Below, one piece after another: positions 37,516 to 48,659 of a stretch of 64,000 nt of DNA. Position 1 is the stretch's first letter, and every line of letters begins with the position of its first letter. Made by a program: the position numbers and the translations under genes. The notes beneath the pieces were generated by a model. That model did not search any database, had not been told where the DNA came from, and was given only the letters and a program-made list of their open reading frames with translations. The DNA comes from Candidatus Multivoradales bacterium (GTDB lineage: Bacteria; Acidobacteriota; Thermoanaerobaculia; Multivoradales; J023): assembly GCA_965248925.1 (NCBI GenBank), contig CBDFLE010000005.1:2293354-2357353 (forward strand), read 5' to 3'.

Positions 37516-37980
37516 TTGACCGCGGCCAGAAAGGTCGCGGTCAGGTCTTCGATCGGCGCATCGGGGGGGGAGCTTGGTCTCGGAGAGGCTCTCGATGCTA
37601 GGGTGCTGCAAGCGTTGGTTTGCGCCAGAGACTTGTGCAACGATCTGGCGCACCGCCTGTCGGATGGAGTTATGGTCGGAAGGTTGGCGTTGGGCGACCA
37701 GCAGATCGATCAGAGCGGCACTCTGGCGCTGCTGCAATATGGCGGCTCGGACGCCGCCAGCAAGCTCGCTCGCCAGCTGATTACCACTGAGTTGAATCTG
37801 GCCGTGGGCTCCGATCCGCTAGACATCTTGGCAACCGTCGAAGCCGCCCATGCCTTCCTTGCAGACTGGCCGCCAGGCAGCCGCCCCAGAGGCCCAGACC
37901 GAGCCGAGGCCAACCGGCTAAAAGACATCCTCGACGCCTACAACAATCCCGGCTGCACGCCGGTTGCGGTGCTCCCATGA
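37516..37980 (+). pseudogene. 3' remnant (~98 codons) of the giant gene fused in frame to unrelated upstream sequence
   Basis: LALGDQQIDQSG...PVAVLP is identical to the giant-protein C-terminus; homology starts at 37683. The ATGA overlap with rhs copy 2 is retained. Confidence 0.85.
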
Positions 37981-40900
37981 ACTGCCCAACAACGCGGCCT
38001 CGCTTTGCTCGCAGCTTTCGGCGCTGGCTGACCAGCGCTGGAATTCTCCTGCTTGCCAGCGCCGTGCTCGCGACCGAGCCGCCTGCTGAGACTTCGCGCA
38101 CCGCGCTAGAGACACGAATCCTCGACCAGCTAGCTCGCGGCCGGTCGATCGGGGGGCCGCTGGCGAGCTGGCGTTCGACCCGTCCAGTCTCGACCGAGGA
38201 ATCGCCCACAAAGACTGCGCCTACCAGCCTCAACGAAGCGCTAGTAGAGCTGCGCCAGGCCCTACCCTCGAAGGCTAAGAGCCGACTTGACACCTCTGCC
38301 CTTACTGCCGCCTGGGAGAGCTTCCAAGCCTGGGACCTGCTGCAAGGCGACCGCTTCGAACGCACCGCCGCCCGCCTCGATGCGGCCGGCCTCAGCGGCG
38401 AGCCCAGAGCTCGTCTAGAGCAGGTCCGCGGCGATTGGCAAGAGTTCCACGACCGCCTGAAGACCCTGCTCGCTGAGCCCTTGGCCAGTCTCCGAACGGC
38501 ACAGAGAACCGAGCAGCCGGCTCTCGCGCCGGCCCTCAATGCGGCCGCCAAAGCCGCCGCCGAGCTGCTCGACACTTACCCGACCACCCTTGACCGCCCA
38601 ATGCTGCGGGCTACCAGCTTGCCCTATCGCCAGCTGCGCCTGCCGGCCCGTCTGCCAGTCACTGAACCGGCGATCGTGCCGAGCTATCTCGATCTCGCCG
38701 ATCCCGGCTCCACACCTGCCGACTTGGAGCCCAGCGGCGCCGCGCCGCTAGCTGATGAGATTCTCTTGCAGGCTGAAGAGCTGGGCTACGACTATGTGGC
38801 GATCTACGAGTTCGTTCGCCACCAGATCGCCACCGAGTGGTACGCCGGCAGCATGAAAGGCGCGCTCGGCACTCTACGCCAGGGAGCCGGCAACGATGTC
38901 GACCAGGCGAGTCTGCTGATCGCCCTCTACCGCGCCAGCGGAGCGGCGGCGCGCTACGTCGGCGGGGTGATTGAATTGCCGCTGCCCTGGCTCAACACCC
39001 AGCTGGGCCTTGACGACGGCACTGCGGTGGCCGACTACTTGGCTCGCGCCGGTATTGCCCACCGGCCAGTGATTCGCGGCGGTCGTATCGCCGCCTTCGA
39101 AGTCGAGCACACCTGGGTCAGCGCTCACGTTCCTTACAGCAATTACCGTGGCTCGGTGGTCGACTTCTCAGGCCGTAGCTGGATCCCGCTGACGCCGGCT
39201 CTGGAACCGGTCGAGAGACAGCCGTCTACCGAGGTACTGGCCTCGATGGGCTTCACGGCCAACGATTTCGTCACCGAGATGCTGAGCGCGGCCCAGCTCG
39301 AGACCCCGCTGAGCTTGCTGCGCCAGCGAGTCGAGCAATACCTGCTGGACACCGATGGCGGCACCTACGCCGAGCAACTCGGCTCGGTGACCTCTACCGG
39401 CCAACCCCTCGGCCTGCTGCCCAACGGCTTCTATCATCCAGTTCTGGCGGTAACCTTCGAAGACTCCGAGCTACCGGCGAGCGCCCGCCACCGGCTGCGA
39501 TTGATCACCCGCGGCGAGACCACGGCAGGCTCGCCAGCCATCCTCGATCACCAGCTAGACCTACACCAAGCTCTCGGTCGACGTCTGACTCTGTCCTACG
39601 CCCCGGCAACCTCCGACGATCACCTGATTATCAACCTCTGGGGCGGCCTGGCAGAAGTGCCACCCTTCTTGGTGCGGCTGCGGCCCCAGCTCTATCTCGA
39701 TGGCCGCCGCATCGCCGTCGGCGAGCCGGTGGACGCCGCCAAGCTGCATCGTTTCGAGGTGGTGGTGGAAGGGCCGTTCGGCAGCCAAGAAATCAGTCAG
39801 ACAGTCCTATCAGGCGCCTATCACGCCATCGCTGTGGGCGGTCAGCACTTCCAAGCCGTCGAGCTGGCGGACAACGACCCAGGCGACGGCGAGCAGCTCG
39901 CCGCCCGCCTGCTGAGCGGCCTCGCCTACAGCTATGGTGCCGATTGGGACGCCGCTGAGACCGAGATTGGCGGCCTCTTAGCCGTGAGCCCGGCACGGCC
40001 GCTGCCGGCGCTGGTCATCGCCAGCAACTCCTTGCGCGCCGAATTACTGCTGGGAGTGCCGCAGCGGTTGATCTGGGAAGGCGTCACCCTCGACGCCGCG
40101 CTGCGCGTCGCTGAACCCGCAGCTCGTGACGGCTCCACCGAAACCGCCGCCGACTGGATGCGCCTGGCGGCGCTCGAAGGCTCGGCGCTGGAGCAGGCGA
40201 TTTTCGAAGGACAATTCCAGGTCGCGGCAATCTCGGCCGACAGGGGCCTGGCCCTGGCCCGCGACTCGGGCATCGAGGTGCTACGCCTCGACGCTGGCAA
40301 TCTGACCGCCGAGCTGCCCAGCCTGAACCACCCTCAAACCGTGCGTGACGACGTGGTCGCCCTCATCGCCCAAGGGCTGACGGTCGAGATCCCCCGCCAG
40401 CCGATCTCCGTCAGTGCCTGGACCGGATCGACATGGCGAGCCGAAGATCCAGAGAGCGGCACGGCCGGCTACTTCCTCTCCGGCGGCCTGGCCGGTGGCG
40501 CCACCGTCGAGGCGCCTGAGAACTGGCTGCTGGGCTTCCTCGCCGATGCCCTGGCCGCGCCCATGTCAGACTCCCCCAACACCGATCCTCTCGCTGGCGT
40601 CGAGCTACTCGTCGCCGAGGGTACTGACAGCCAGCTCGGCACCGTCGACAGGGTCTATCGTCACCCTCTGGCGGTGCGCGTGCTCGACGCGGCCGGCCGA
40701 CCGGTCCAGGGCACCGAAGTCACCTTCTACATCTGGGCTGGCGACGGCCGGCTGCTCGACACCCAGAACCAAGAATCCACCAGCCTCACCCTACGCAGCG
40801 ACGCCCGTGGAATGGCCCGCGTCAAGTTACGTTCAGGAAAGCACACCGCGGCTAACCCCCTCTTCCTTCGTCGCTTCGACAGCGACATCTTCCAAACCCG

Positions 40901-43900
40901 AGTGCTGGAGAACGTGGTCGAGGCGGTGGCCAGCTCCAGACTCGGCAATCTGGTGCTGCGCCAGCCGATTTCCTCGGTCGCCTTCCCCCAGGATCCGGCG
41001 GCTCTGCGCCGCACCAACCGCGACGACAACCAGGGCACCGACCTCACCGTGCTGCACGGCCTGTGGCAAGACACCCTGGCGATCGCCGTCGAGGATCCGC
41101 ACGGCAACCCAGTGGCCAATCAAGACGTGGCTTTCACCAACACCGTCTTCGTCGCCCCTGGCATCACCTGCACCAACGCTCCGCCGGACCCCACCCCAGG
41201 TGCCTTCTTCGACGCCTCAATCGACTCGATCACCGGTGGCTTCACCGGCTGCCCGGTCACTACGCCCCGTTTCGGCGATTGCGGCAGCTCCGATTTGACC
41301 CTGAGAACGACCTCCTCGGGTCAGGTCTCGGCCGGTTTCATCGCCGGCCCCAGCGCCATTACCAGCTACCCGGCAACCGTCAGTTCAGCCGCCTTGCCAC
41401 CGCTGTCTTACGAGTACAGCATTTCCTTCATCAACAACACGGGCCTCAACCACGACCACTGCGGGCCGCTGGCACAGCGCTTCGTGCGCACTTTCGGGTT
41501 CTTCGCCGACGCCGCCGGCCAGCCCAGCTCGGCAGTGCGAGCCGGCCAGGTCTACGACCCACCGGTCGGAGTCGAGGCCCTCGAATGGGTGCCCGAGTGC
41601 CAGGGGATAGGGATCGCCGACCCCAGCCCGGGGGGACCGCTGTTCTTCCTGGTCTGCAACGAGCTACGAGGCGAGTGGCGACCCGCCTATTTCTACCAAG
41701 ACAACACTCACCCGCTGGCGGTTGAACTGCTGCCCGCCGGCACCACCACGCCGCCACAGATCGACAACCTCCTCGGCCGCCTCGAGAGCCGGCTGCAAGC
41801 CGGCCTCGACCCAGCCTTGCACACTGCTCGGGTGTTGCTACCGGTGCTGCCCAAGAGTCCCTACCTCGACGACTTCAATGGCGAAGTCACTGTGCTCGAA
41901 ACCCCCGAGGACTACCTCGCCGTCGGCCTGCTCGACATTGCCCTCGGACTGATCGCCAACATCGACCAAGAAATCGGCAGTCTGTGGGGGGTGCAAGCTC
42001 AGATCACCAGCTTCGAACCGCCTGTCGTGCCCCTCGACGACGACGGCCTCGCAGCTGAGCCGGTCGCGGTGAGCTACCAGATCGCGCCGGCCGAGTATCA
42101 GCCCACTAGTGCTTTCGTCGAGCTGCTGCGCGACGGCCAACAGGTCGACCTCTTGCGCGGCCAGAGCATCGCTGGAGAAGGTCTCGCCGAGCTGCCCCGC
42201 GGCCTTGAGCTGGGCCTCGACGGTCTGTGGCAGGCCGAGCTGGTGCTCAATCTCGACACTCCGATCGAAGTACGCGGCGACCCCGTGCCGGTGCCCCTAG
42301 AGCAGCAGCTCTTCGCCGACTACAGCCGCGCCTTGGCGGTGCGCCAGGATGTCGACCTGCTCAACCAGCGACGCTGCGCCCAGCCGACCCTCTTCAGCTT
42401 TGAGCTCAACCGCCCGGCCGAGGTCACCCTGATCGCCCGCCGGATCGAGAGCGTCGAGACCGACGGCAGCCTCAACACCGCCGCCGCCATCACCCTGATC
42501 GAAGCCGAGATGTTTGCCGACGGCGAGCACGGCGAGCCGATCAGCCCCACCGACCTGCCCCCCGGCGACTACCTGATCGAGCTGCGCGGCATCGACGCGG
42601 TGGATGGCTACGAGGAGGTCCGCGAGGTCCGGCTGAGTTCCGATTGGGACATCTCCGAAATACTGCCCATCGGCCATACCTTGGTCCACGGTGTCGACCT
42701 TTTCGATGGCCACCTCACCATCAGTAGAACCGATCTCGAAATCCCCGGCCGCGGCATCGGCCTGGCGCTGCGGCGCACCTATTCGAGCCTGGCGGTGTCG
42801 AGCGGCGGCCCCTTCGGCCTGGGCTGGAACCATCGCTACCAGTCGCGAGTCGTGATCACCCCCTGCGGCGAGGCCATCTTGATCGGCGGCGAGGGCTCGG
42901 GCCTGCGTTTCGTCGACGATGGCCAGGGCGGACTACGCCCGCTGCGCGGCTCTCACGGCACCCTGCGGGCCGACCCGGCTGACGGCGGCTTCGACTTCTT
43001 CACCACCTCCGGCAACCGCTTCCACTATCTCTTCTCGGAAGATAGCACCTGGCATTTGGCCTGGACCGAAGACCCCAACGGCAACCGCACCACCCTCACC
43101 TACATCGCCGGCGCCGATGGCCCCCTGCTGCGTCAAGTCACCGACTCCAGCGGCCGAGCCCTGGTCTTCGACTACCGCCAGGCTAGCTTCGCCGCCTGGG
43201 ACGGGCCAGTGATCGAGCACATCACCGGCCCTGGCGGCCTGGCGATGAGCTTCGAATACGACCGATTTGGCAACCTGATCACCGCCCAGCGCGACAACCA
43301 GAGTCGCATCGAGCGCTACACCTACCAGACCCAGCCCAACGCCGGCCTGGAGCTGCGGCCGGTGATGACCTCGACGACCAATGGCCTCTCAGGCGCCAGC
43401 ACCCAGTACACCTGGCAGAGCGGCGCCGTGGCCATCGAAGCCGGATTGTCGATCGATGCCTTGCTAGTAAGCTCGATCACCCACCCTGAAGGAGGAGTCG
43501 CCACATTCGCCTTCGATCAGCAGCTGCTCGGCAACGCCGCCACGCTAGAGCTAGAGACCACCGTCACCGATCGCCGCCAGCGGGCCACCACTTACCGTCT
43601 TAACCGCTACGGCAGCCCGTTGGTGATCACCGACCCCATCGGCCACACCACCCGCAAGACCTGGACCCCCGGCGACGTGCTGATGCTCAGTCGCACTGAC
43701 CAGAATGGGGTCGTCACTAGCTTCGAGTACGACCAGCACGGCAACCGGACCACCGAGCGCGTCCAAGTCACCGACGAGACCGGCACCCTGGTCACCCGCG
43801 AGCGCCTGAGCACTTACTTTTCGCCCTCAGCCTTTATCGCAGAAGGCATCAAAAACCACCTCAAGAGCCACACCGACGGCCGTGGCCACACCACCCAATT

Positions 43901-46900
43901 TGAGTACGACGCCCAGGGCAATCTGACCCGCCAACACATCACCGTCATCGATGCCGAGGGCGCCGCCTCCACCGTCGAGAGCCGCCACACCTACTACTCA
44001 AACGGCGACCGCCGCACCACCACCGATGCTCGCAGCCACGCCAGCACCTTCACTTGGGACACTTTCGGCAACCCGGCCACCGTGCGCGACCGCGAAAACG
44101 GCCTGACCACCTTCGCCTTCGATTCACGAGGCCGCCAGCTCAGTCAGACCGACCCCAACAGCCACACCACCCGGCTGGCCTACGACGACCTAGACCGCCT
44201 GATCCTGCGCACCCTCGCCGACGGCAGCGTAGAGCAGATCCAGCACGACGACATCGCCCGCACCCGCACCCAGATCGATCCCCGTGGCCACGCCACCCGG
44301 ACCAGCTTCGATCTAGAAGGCCGGCCCATCGAGATCGTCAACGCCGAGGGCGGTCAGCAGCAGATGGAGTACGACCCAGAAGGCAACCTAACGCTAGAGA
44401 GCACCGTCTTCGACGCCACCACCCTCCGCCACAACACCCTGCTGGTTTACGATGACGCCGGCCGCCTGATCCGTCGCGAACAGCCCGAGGGCCGCACCAC
44501 AGACCGAGAACTAGACCCAGCCGGCAACGTCCTGCGCCAGACCCTCGCCGACCGCGGCGACCCGAGCTTCACCCCCCGCGTCACCGAGACCGACTACGAC
44601 CGGCTCAACCGCCCCATCGAGACCCGACGCCTGCTCGACGCCGGCTTCATCGCCGGCCAGATCGCCTTCGATCTGGAAAACAACCCCGTCCACAGCACCG
44701 ACCCTCTCGGCCGAGTGACGACGATCACATTCGACGCCCTCGACCGCGAGATCGAGCGCACCGAGCCCGAGTGGAAAGCCGGCACCCCGAGAGTCAGTCA
44801 ACGTTTCTGGGACGGCAACGGCAACCTGATCAAGACGGTGCTTTTCAACGAGCCCGAAAACCAGATCCGCGAGACCACCTACGATCGCCTCAACCGCCCG
44901 ATCCGCCAGCTCGACGCCACCGGCGAGCTGCGGACGATGGAATACGACCCGGCAGGAAATCTGACTGTCAAGATCGACCGCCGCGGCCACCGCACCGAGC
45001 ACCAATACGACGAACGCAACCGCCGCATCAAAACCACCGTCAAGCTCGCCGCTGGCAACGCCATCACCGAATTCACCTTCGATCCCTCTAGCAACCTGAT
45101 CGAGCAGCTCCAGCCCAACCAGAACCGCATCACCCACACCTACGACCCGCTCAATCGCCGTCTCACAAGCGACGATCGCGAAGGCCAGCTCAGCCAGACC
45201 GGCTACGACGCTCGCGGCGTCCCCATCCGCCAAGAAGACGCCAACGGCAATGTCACCCTCAGCCAGTTCGACGGCCTCGGCCGCATGATCCGCCAGGATC
45301 TGCCCGAAGACCGCACCGTCCTACAAACCTACGATGTAGCCGGCAACCGCCTAGCCACCACTAACCCCCGCGGCCACGCCACCACCGCCCGCTTCGACAC
45401 CCTCGACCGCCAGATCGAAGAACTCTCGCCAGCCCCCTTCAACTACCTGCGCCAGATGACCTGGGACGACGCCGGCAACCTGCTCTCAGAGACCGACCGC
45501 CGAGGCAACACCACCGAGTTCACCTACGACGACATCAACCGCCGAATTACCCGGCTCGAACCACCCGTCCTGAGCGACGGCTCCGAGGTCCGCTACCTCA
45601 CCACTTGGGCCCACGACGCCGCCGGCAACCAGCTCACTGAGATCGACCCCCGAGGCATCCTCACCGAGAACCGCTGGGACGCCGAGAACCGCCGCACCCA
45701 CACCTTGCGCGCCAGCCTGCTCATCGAGCAGGTTGAGTTTGATGCCGCCGGCAACCGAACGAAAATCTGGGATGCCAACCGCAACCTAGCCCAATTCGAC
45801 TATGACGAACGCCAGCTCATCATCACCGAGCGCCGCCCCCTCGGCGCCACCACCACCTTCACCCGCGACAGTATGGGCGACGTAATCCGCCGCCAAGACC
45901 CAGCCGGCAGATTCACCGATTCCACCTTCGACTTCCGCCGCCGCCAGCTCACCAGCACCCGCTTCGGCGCCGGCAACCGACCTGAAACCACAGCCTTCAC
46001 CTACGATTCACAAGGCAACCGCACGAGCAAGCTGCGCCCCGAGGGCAACGCCTGGACTTACAGCTTCGACGGTGCCCACCGCCTCACCGAAGTCGAAGAC
46101 CCCGACGGCGATCTCACCACCTACGAACTCGACCAAAACGGCAACCTCATCACCCAGATCGACGCCGCCAGCCAACCCACCACCTACACTTGGGACGAGC
46201 TAGACCGCCGCACCTCCATCACCCAGGCCGACGGCGCCACCGAGACCCTCACTTTCGACGAAAACGGCAACCTCGCCCAACACCGAGACGCCAAAAACCA
46301 ACTCTTCACCCGCACCCACGACTCGCTGAATAGGGAAATCGTCCTTCAGTACCCCGAAGACCCCTCCACCGACGACGACCTCGAGCAGATCACCACCACC
46401 TGGGACGCCAACGGCAACCACCTCCAAACCGCCGAACACTTCACGCAAACGGGGGAACTCACCACCACCCAGACCTGGGACGATTTTGATCGCCTAGCCA
46501 CCCGAACCGACCGCTGGGACAACACCCTCATTCACGGCTACGATCTCAACGGCAACCGCACCCTGCTCATTGACCCGGCGGGCATCCCAACCACCACCAC
46601 CTTCGACACCCTCAACCGAGTCGACACCGTCACCACCCCCGGCGGAGTCACCGACTATCAGTACCTCGCCAACAGCCTGCTCAGCCAGATCGACTATCCC
46701 AACGGCACCACCAGCACCTGGCAATACGATCCCGCCAACCGCATCAGGGACTTGGACCATCGCCAGAACACCGCCCTGATCTCCAGCTTCCAATACCAGT
46801 ACGACCGCAACGGCAACCGCACTGAGCAGATCGAGACCCACACCAGCCAGCCAGCCGAAACCACCATCTACGCCTTCGATCCAGTAGACCGCCTCGCCAC

Positions 46901-47687
46901 CGTCGCCTACCCCGAGAAAACCGTCACCACCACCTACGATGCGGTAGGCAATCGCATCTCAGAATCGGCCGTCGACAACGCCGCCACGACGATCACCGAC
47001 CGCCTCTACGCCTACGACAATCGCCACCGATTGACGAGCGTAGCTGATCAACTCGACGCCACCCAGACCGTCACCTACACCCACGATGCCAACGGCAATC
47101 AGTCAACCCGAACAAGAGACTGCCAGCTAACCCAGCTGACCTACGACACTCGCGATCAGCTCACCCAGGTCATCGAAGCCAGCGTCATCCAAGGCACCTA
47201 CGCATTCGACGCCACCGGCCTCAGAGTCCAAAAGCTAACTGCTGAAGGTGAAGCGAGATACGTCTACGATCAGCAAAGCGTCCTGACTCGAGAAGACAGC
47301 GACGGAATCACCAAATTCAACTACGGCCCAGATCGCTTGCTCTCCGTCGATGACCCCGTAGAAGGCCGCGCCTACTACCTCCACGACGCCCTGGGCAGCG
47401 TCGTCGGGCTGATGACCCCCGGCGGCAGCTTGCTCGGTCGCTACAAATTCGACGCCTGGGGCAACAAGAGAGCCTCCGTCGAAACCGCCGCCAACCCCTT
47501 CGGCTTCACCGGCCACGAGCATGACGACGAAACCGGGCTGATCTACGCCAAGGCACGGTTCTATGATCCGGAGCTTGGGCTGTTCCTGAGCAGCGACCCG
47601 GTCGAAGGCGATTTGCAGAACCCGCCGAGTCTGCATCGGTATCTGTATGCCTTCCAGAATCCAACGGTTTTTACAGACCCGGATGGG
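37683..47687 (+). repeat. Direct repeat unit 2, homologous to 24595-34587
   Basis: Sequence from GTTGGCGTTGGGCGACCAGCAG matches copy 1 at offset 13088 (13100 after a 12-bp insertion near 38520) through DPDG. Confidence 0.97.
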
Positions 47688-48659
47688 CGGATCGCGGAAC
47701 TAGTCTCCTTCGCGGACAATCTGGCTGAGGAACGTAGAAAACACATCAGCGGCGAGGCCGACCAAGGAATCTCCGGCAGGATCCTCGGCAGCAAGCTAAG
47801 TAGAGCCATCAACGCGGCAATCTTCGGCGTGCTCGGTGGCACGGTCAGTACAGCAAACTTCATCGCCAACAATCTCGCCGCAGAGCTACTATCCGAAGAT
47901 AACGTCCTGCGTCGAGAAGCTAACGATGAGCTTGGCCAGCTAGCCCTCGGCCTTGAGGGCCTCGTTGCCACCGTTCGCGAAGACCCCCTCGGCACAGTCC
48001 GCCAGATTGTTGAATTCCCGAGCAACACTTCCAGAGGAGTTCTTGACACTCTCACGGGCGACTCTGCGGAGGGATTAGTAGGCCTAGCCGCGACCACCTT
48101 CGAATTCCCTCTTGAGTCCATCGCGGGCGGCGGACTCAACAAGGCCGTGCGCGGGACCGTCGGTGCGGCCGTTGAGCGGCAAGTGATCCAGAGGCGGGTG
48201 CACCAAGCTGTTGCGGCCAGCCGAGATGCCAGACCGACTTCGAACTTTGCTGAGCATACTGCTAGAGTGCGGGGAGTACTCGAAGGGCCACAAGGGAACA
48301 CGGCAGCGCTACCGGATCGAATATTCCGAGGCGCTCGCGAGGGAAATGCCAAAGATGTTTCGTTGCGCCCAGGCGAAACGGCGGTATCATTTCGTGACTC
48401 CTCAACCAACCCACTACCACTTCCTGGATCGAGATCCCAGCCTGTCCTTCGCCCAGGACAGAAATTTATTGAAGTTGATCCACTCAAACTCCCCAGAAGA
48501 AGCGTTTTGGTCGACGGCGGCACTAACGGACTCCCCTCAGGCCACGTATCAGTCATTGCAACTGCGGAGGAGATCATTGAAGCGACGGTTGGAGGTGGAA
48601 AGTTCCCTAATCTGTCAAAATCTGAGAAAGCCGCACTACGCGAGAGAGGCCTTCGATGA
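37977..48659 (+). CDS. rhs: Rhs polymorphic toxin copy 2 (putative ADP-ribosyltransferase-fold C-terminal toxin)
   Basis: Near-identical to copy 1 up to PTVFTDPDG (ends 47687). The 323-aa extension ends in IFRG..VSF..IEVD..GHVSV. Confidence 0.95.
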   Translation: MNCPTTRPRFARSFRRWLTSAGILLLASAVLATEPPAETSRTALETRILDQLARGRSIGGPLASWRSTRPVSTEESPTKTAPTSLNEALVELRQALPSKAKSRLDTSALTAAWESFQAWDLLQGDRFERTAARLDAAGLSGEPRARLEQVRGDWQEFHDRLKTLLAEPLASLRTAQRTEQPALAPALNAAAKAAAELLDTYPTTLDRPMLRATSLPYRQLRLPARLPVTEPAIVPSYLDLADPGSTPADLEPSGAAPLADEILLQAEELGYDYVAIYEFVRHQIATEWYAGSMKGALGTLRQGAGNDVDQASLLIALYRASGAAARYVGGVIELPLPWLNTQLGLDDGTAVADYLARAGIAHRPVIRGGRIAAFEVEHTWVSAHVPYSNYRGSVVDFSGRSWIPLTPALEPVERQPSTEVLASMGFTANDFVTEMLSAAQLETPLSLLRQRVEQYLLDTDGGTYAEQLGSVTSTGQPLGLLPNGFYHPVLAVTFEDSELPASARHRLRLITRGETTAGSPAILDHQLDLHQALGRRLTLSYAPATSDDHLIINLWGGLAEVPPFLVRLRPQLYLDGRRIAVGEPVDAAKLHRFEVVVEGPFGSQEISQTVLSGAYHAIAVGGQHFQAVELADNDPGDGEQLAARLLSGLAYSYGADWDAAETEIGGLLAVSPARPLPALVIASNSLRAELLLGVPQRLIWEGVTLDAALRVAEPAARDGSTETAADWMRLAALEGSALEQAIFEGQFQVAAISADRGLALARDSGIEVLRLDAGNLTAELPSLNHPQTVRDDVVALIAQGLTVEIPRQPISVSAWTGSTWRAEDPESGTAGYFLSGGLAGGATVEAPENWLLGFLADALAAPMSDSPNTDPLAGVELLVAEGTDSQLGTVDRVYRHPLAVRVLDAAGRPVQGTEVTFYIWAGDGRLLDTQNQESTSLTLRSDARGMARVKLRSGKHTAANPLFLRRFDSDIFQTRVLENVVEAVASSRLGNLVLRQPISSVAFPQDPAALRRTNRDDNQGTDLTVLHGLWQDTLAIAVEDPHGNPVANQDVAFTNTVFVAPGITCTNAPPDPTPGAFFDASIDSITGGFTGCPVTTPRFGDCGSSDLTLRTTSSGQVSAGFIAGPSAITSYPATVSSAALPPLSYEYSISFINNTGLNHDHCGPLAQRFVRTFGFFADAAGQPSSAVRAGQVYDPPVGVEALEWVPECQGIGIADPSPGGPLFFLVCNELRGEWRPAYFYQDNTHPLAVELLPAGTTTPPQIDNLLGRLESRLQAGLDPALHTARVLLPVLPKSPYLDDFNGEVTVLETPEDYLAVGLLDIALGLIANIDQEIGSLWGVQAQITSFEPPVVPLDDDGLAAEPVAVSYQIAPAEYQPTSAFVELLRDGQQVDLLRGQSIAGEGLAELPRGLELGLDGLWQAELVLNLDTPIEVRGDPVPVPLEQQLFADYSRALAVRQDVDLLNQRRCAQPTLFSFELNRPAEVTLIARRIESVETDGSLNTAAAITLIEAEMFADGEHGEPISPTDLPPGDYLIELRGIDAVDGYEEVREVRLSSDWDISEILPIGHTLVHGVDLFDGHLTISRTDLEIPGRGIGLALRRTYSSLAVSSGGPFGLGWNHRYQSRVVITPCGEAILIGGEGSGLRFVDDGQGGLRPLRGSHGTLRADPADGGFDFFTTSGNRFHYLFSEDSTWHLAWTEDPNGNRTTLTYIAGADGPLLRQVTDSSGRALVFDYRQASFAAWDGPVIEHITGPGGLAMSFEYDRFGNLITAQRDNQSRIERYTYQTQPNAGLELRPVMTSTTNGLSGASTQYTWQSGAVAIEAGLSIDALLVSSITHPEGGVATFAFDQQLLGNAATLELETTVTDRRQRATTYRLNRYGSPLVITDPIGHTTRKTWTPGDVLMLSRTDQNGVVTSFEYDQHGNRTTERVQVTDETGTLVTRERLSTYFSPSAFIAEGIKNHLKSHTDGRGHTTQFEYDAQGNLTRQHITVIDAEGAASTVESRHTYYSNGDRRTTTDARSHASTFTWDTFGNPATVRDRENGLTTFAFDSRGRQLSQTDPNSHTTRLAYDDLDRLILRTLADGSVEQIQHDDIARTRTQIDPRGHATRTSFDLEGRPIEIVNAEGGQQQMEYDPEGNLTLESTVFDATTLRHNTLLVYDDAGRLIRREQPEGRTTDRELDPAGNVLRQTLADRGDPSFTPRVTETDYDRLNRPIETRRLLDAGFIAGQIAFDLENNPVHSTDPLGRVTTITFDALDREIERTEPEWKAGTPRVSQRFWDGNGNLIKTVLFNEPENQIRETTYDRLNRPIRQLDATGELRTMEYDPAGNLTVKIDRRGHRTEHQYDERNRRIKTTVKLAAGNAITEFTFDPSSNLIEQLQPNQNRITHTYDPLNRRLTSDDREGQLSQTGYDARGVPIRQEDANGNVTLSQFDGLGRMIRQDLPEDRTVLQTYDVAGNRLATTNPRGHATTARFDTLDRQIEELSPAPFNYLRQMTWDDAGNLLSETDRRGNTTEFTYDDINRRITRLEPPVLSDGSEVRYLTTWAHDAAGNQLTEIDPRGILTENRWDAENRRTHTLRASLLIEQVEFDAAGNRTKIWDANRNLAQFDYDERQLIITERRPLGATTTFTRDSMGDVIRRQDPAGRFTDSTFDFRRRQLTSTRFGAGNRPETTAFTYDSQGNRTSKLRPEGNAWTYSFDGAHRLTEVEDPDGDLTTYELDQNGNLITQIDAASQPTTYTWDELDRRTSITQADGATETLTFDENGNLAQHRDAKNQLFTRTHDSLNREIVLQYPEDPSTDDDLEQITTTWDANGNHLQTAEHFTQTGELTTTQTWDDFDRLATRTDRWDNTLIHGYDLNGNRTLLIDPAGIPTTTTFDTLNRVDTVTTPGGVTDYQYLANSLLSQIDYPNGTTSTWQYDPANRIRDLDHRQNTALISSFQYQYDRNGNRTEQIETHTSQPAETTIYAFDPVDRLATVAYPEKTVTTTYDAVGNRISESAVDNAATTITDRLYAYDNRHRLTSVADQLDATQTVTYTHDANGNQSTRTRDCQLTQLTYDTRDQLTQVIEASVIQGTYAFDATGLRVQKLTAEGEARYVYDQQSVLTREDSDGITKFNYGPDRLLSVDDPVEGRAYYLHDALGSVVGLMTPGGSLLGRYKFDAWGNKRASVETAANPFGFTGHEHDDETGLIYAKARFYDPELGLFLSSDPVEGDLQNPPSLHRYLYAFQNPTVFTDPDGRIAELVSFADNLAEERRKHISGEADQGISGRILGSKLSRAINAAIFGVLGGTVSTANFIANNLAAELLSEDNVLRREANDELGQLALGLEGLVATVREDPLGTVRQIVEFPSNTSRGVLDTLTGDSAEGLVGLAATTFEFPLESIAGGGLNKAVRGTVGAAVERQVIQRRVHQAVAASRDARPTSNFAEHTARVRGVLEGPQGNTAALPDRIFRGAREGNAKDVSLRPGETAVSFRDSSTNPLPLPGSRSQPVLRPGQKFIEVDPLKLPRRSVLVDGGTNGLPSGHVSVIATAEEIIEATVGGGKFPNLSKSEKAALRERGLR

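Noticed and set aside
37357-37682. Possible minus-strand gene fragment (PIEDLTATFLAAVNH / GERLANEIAARTVG..)
   Set aside because: It is split across frames and I cannot assign a family; too weak to call.
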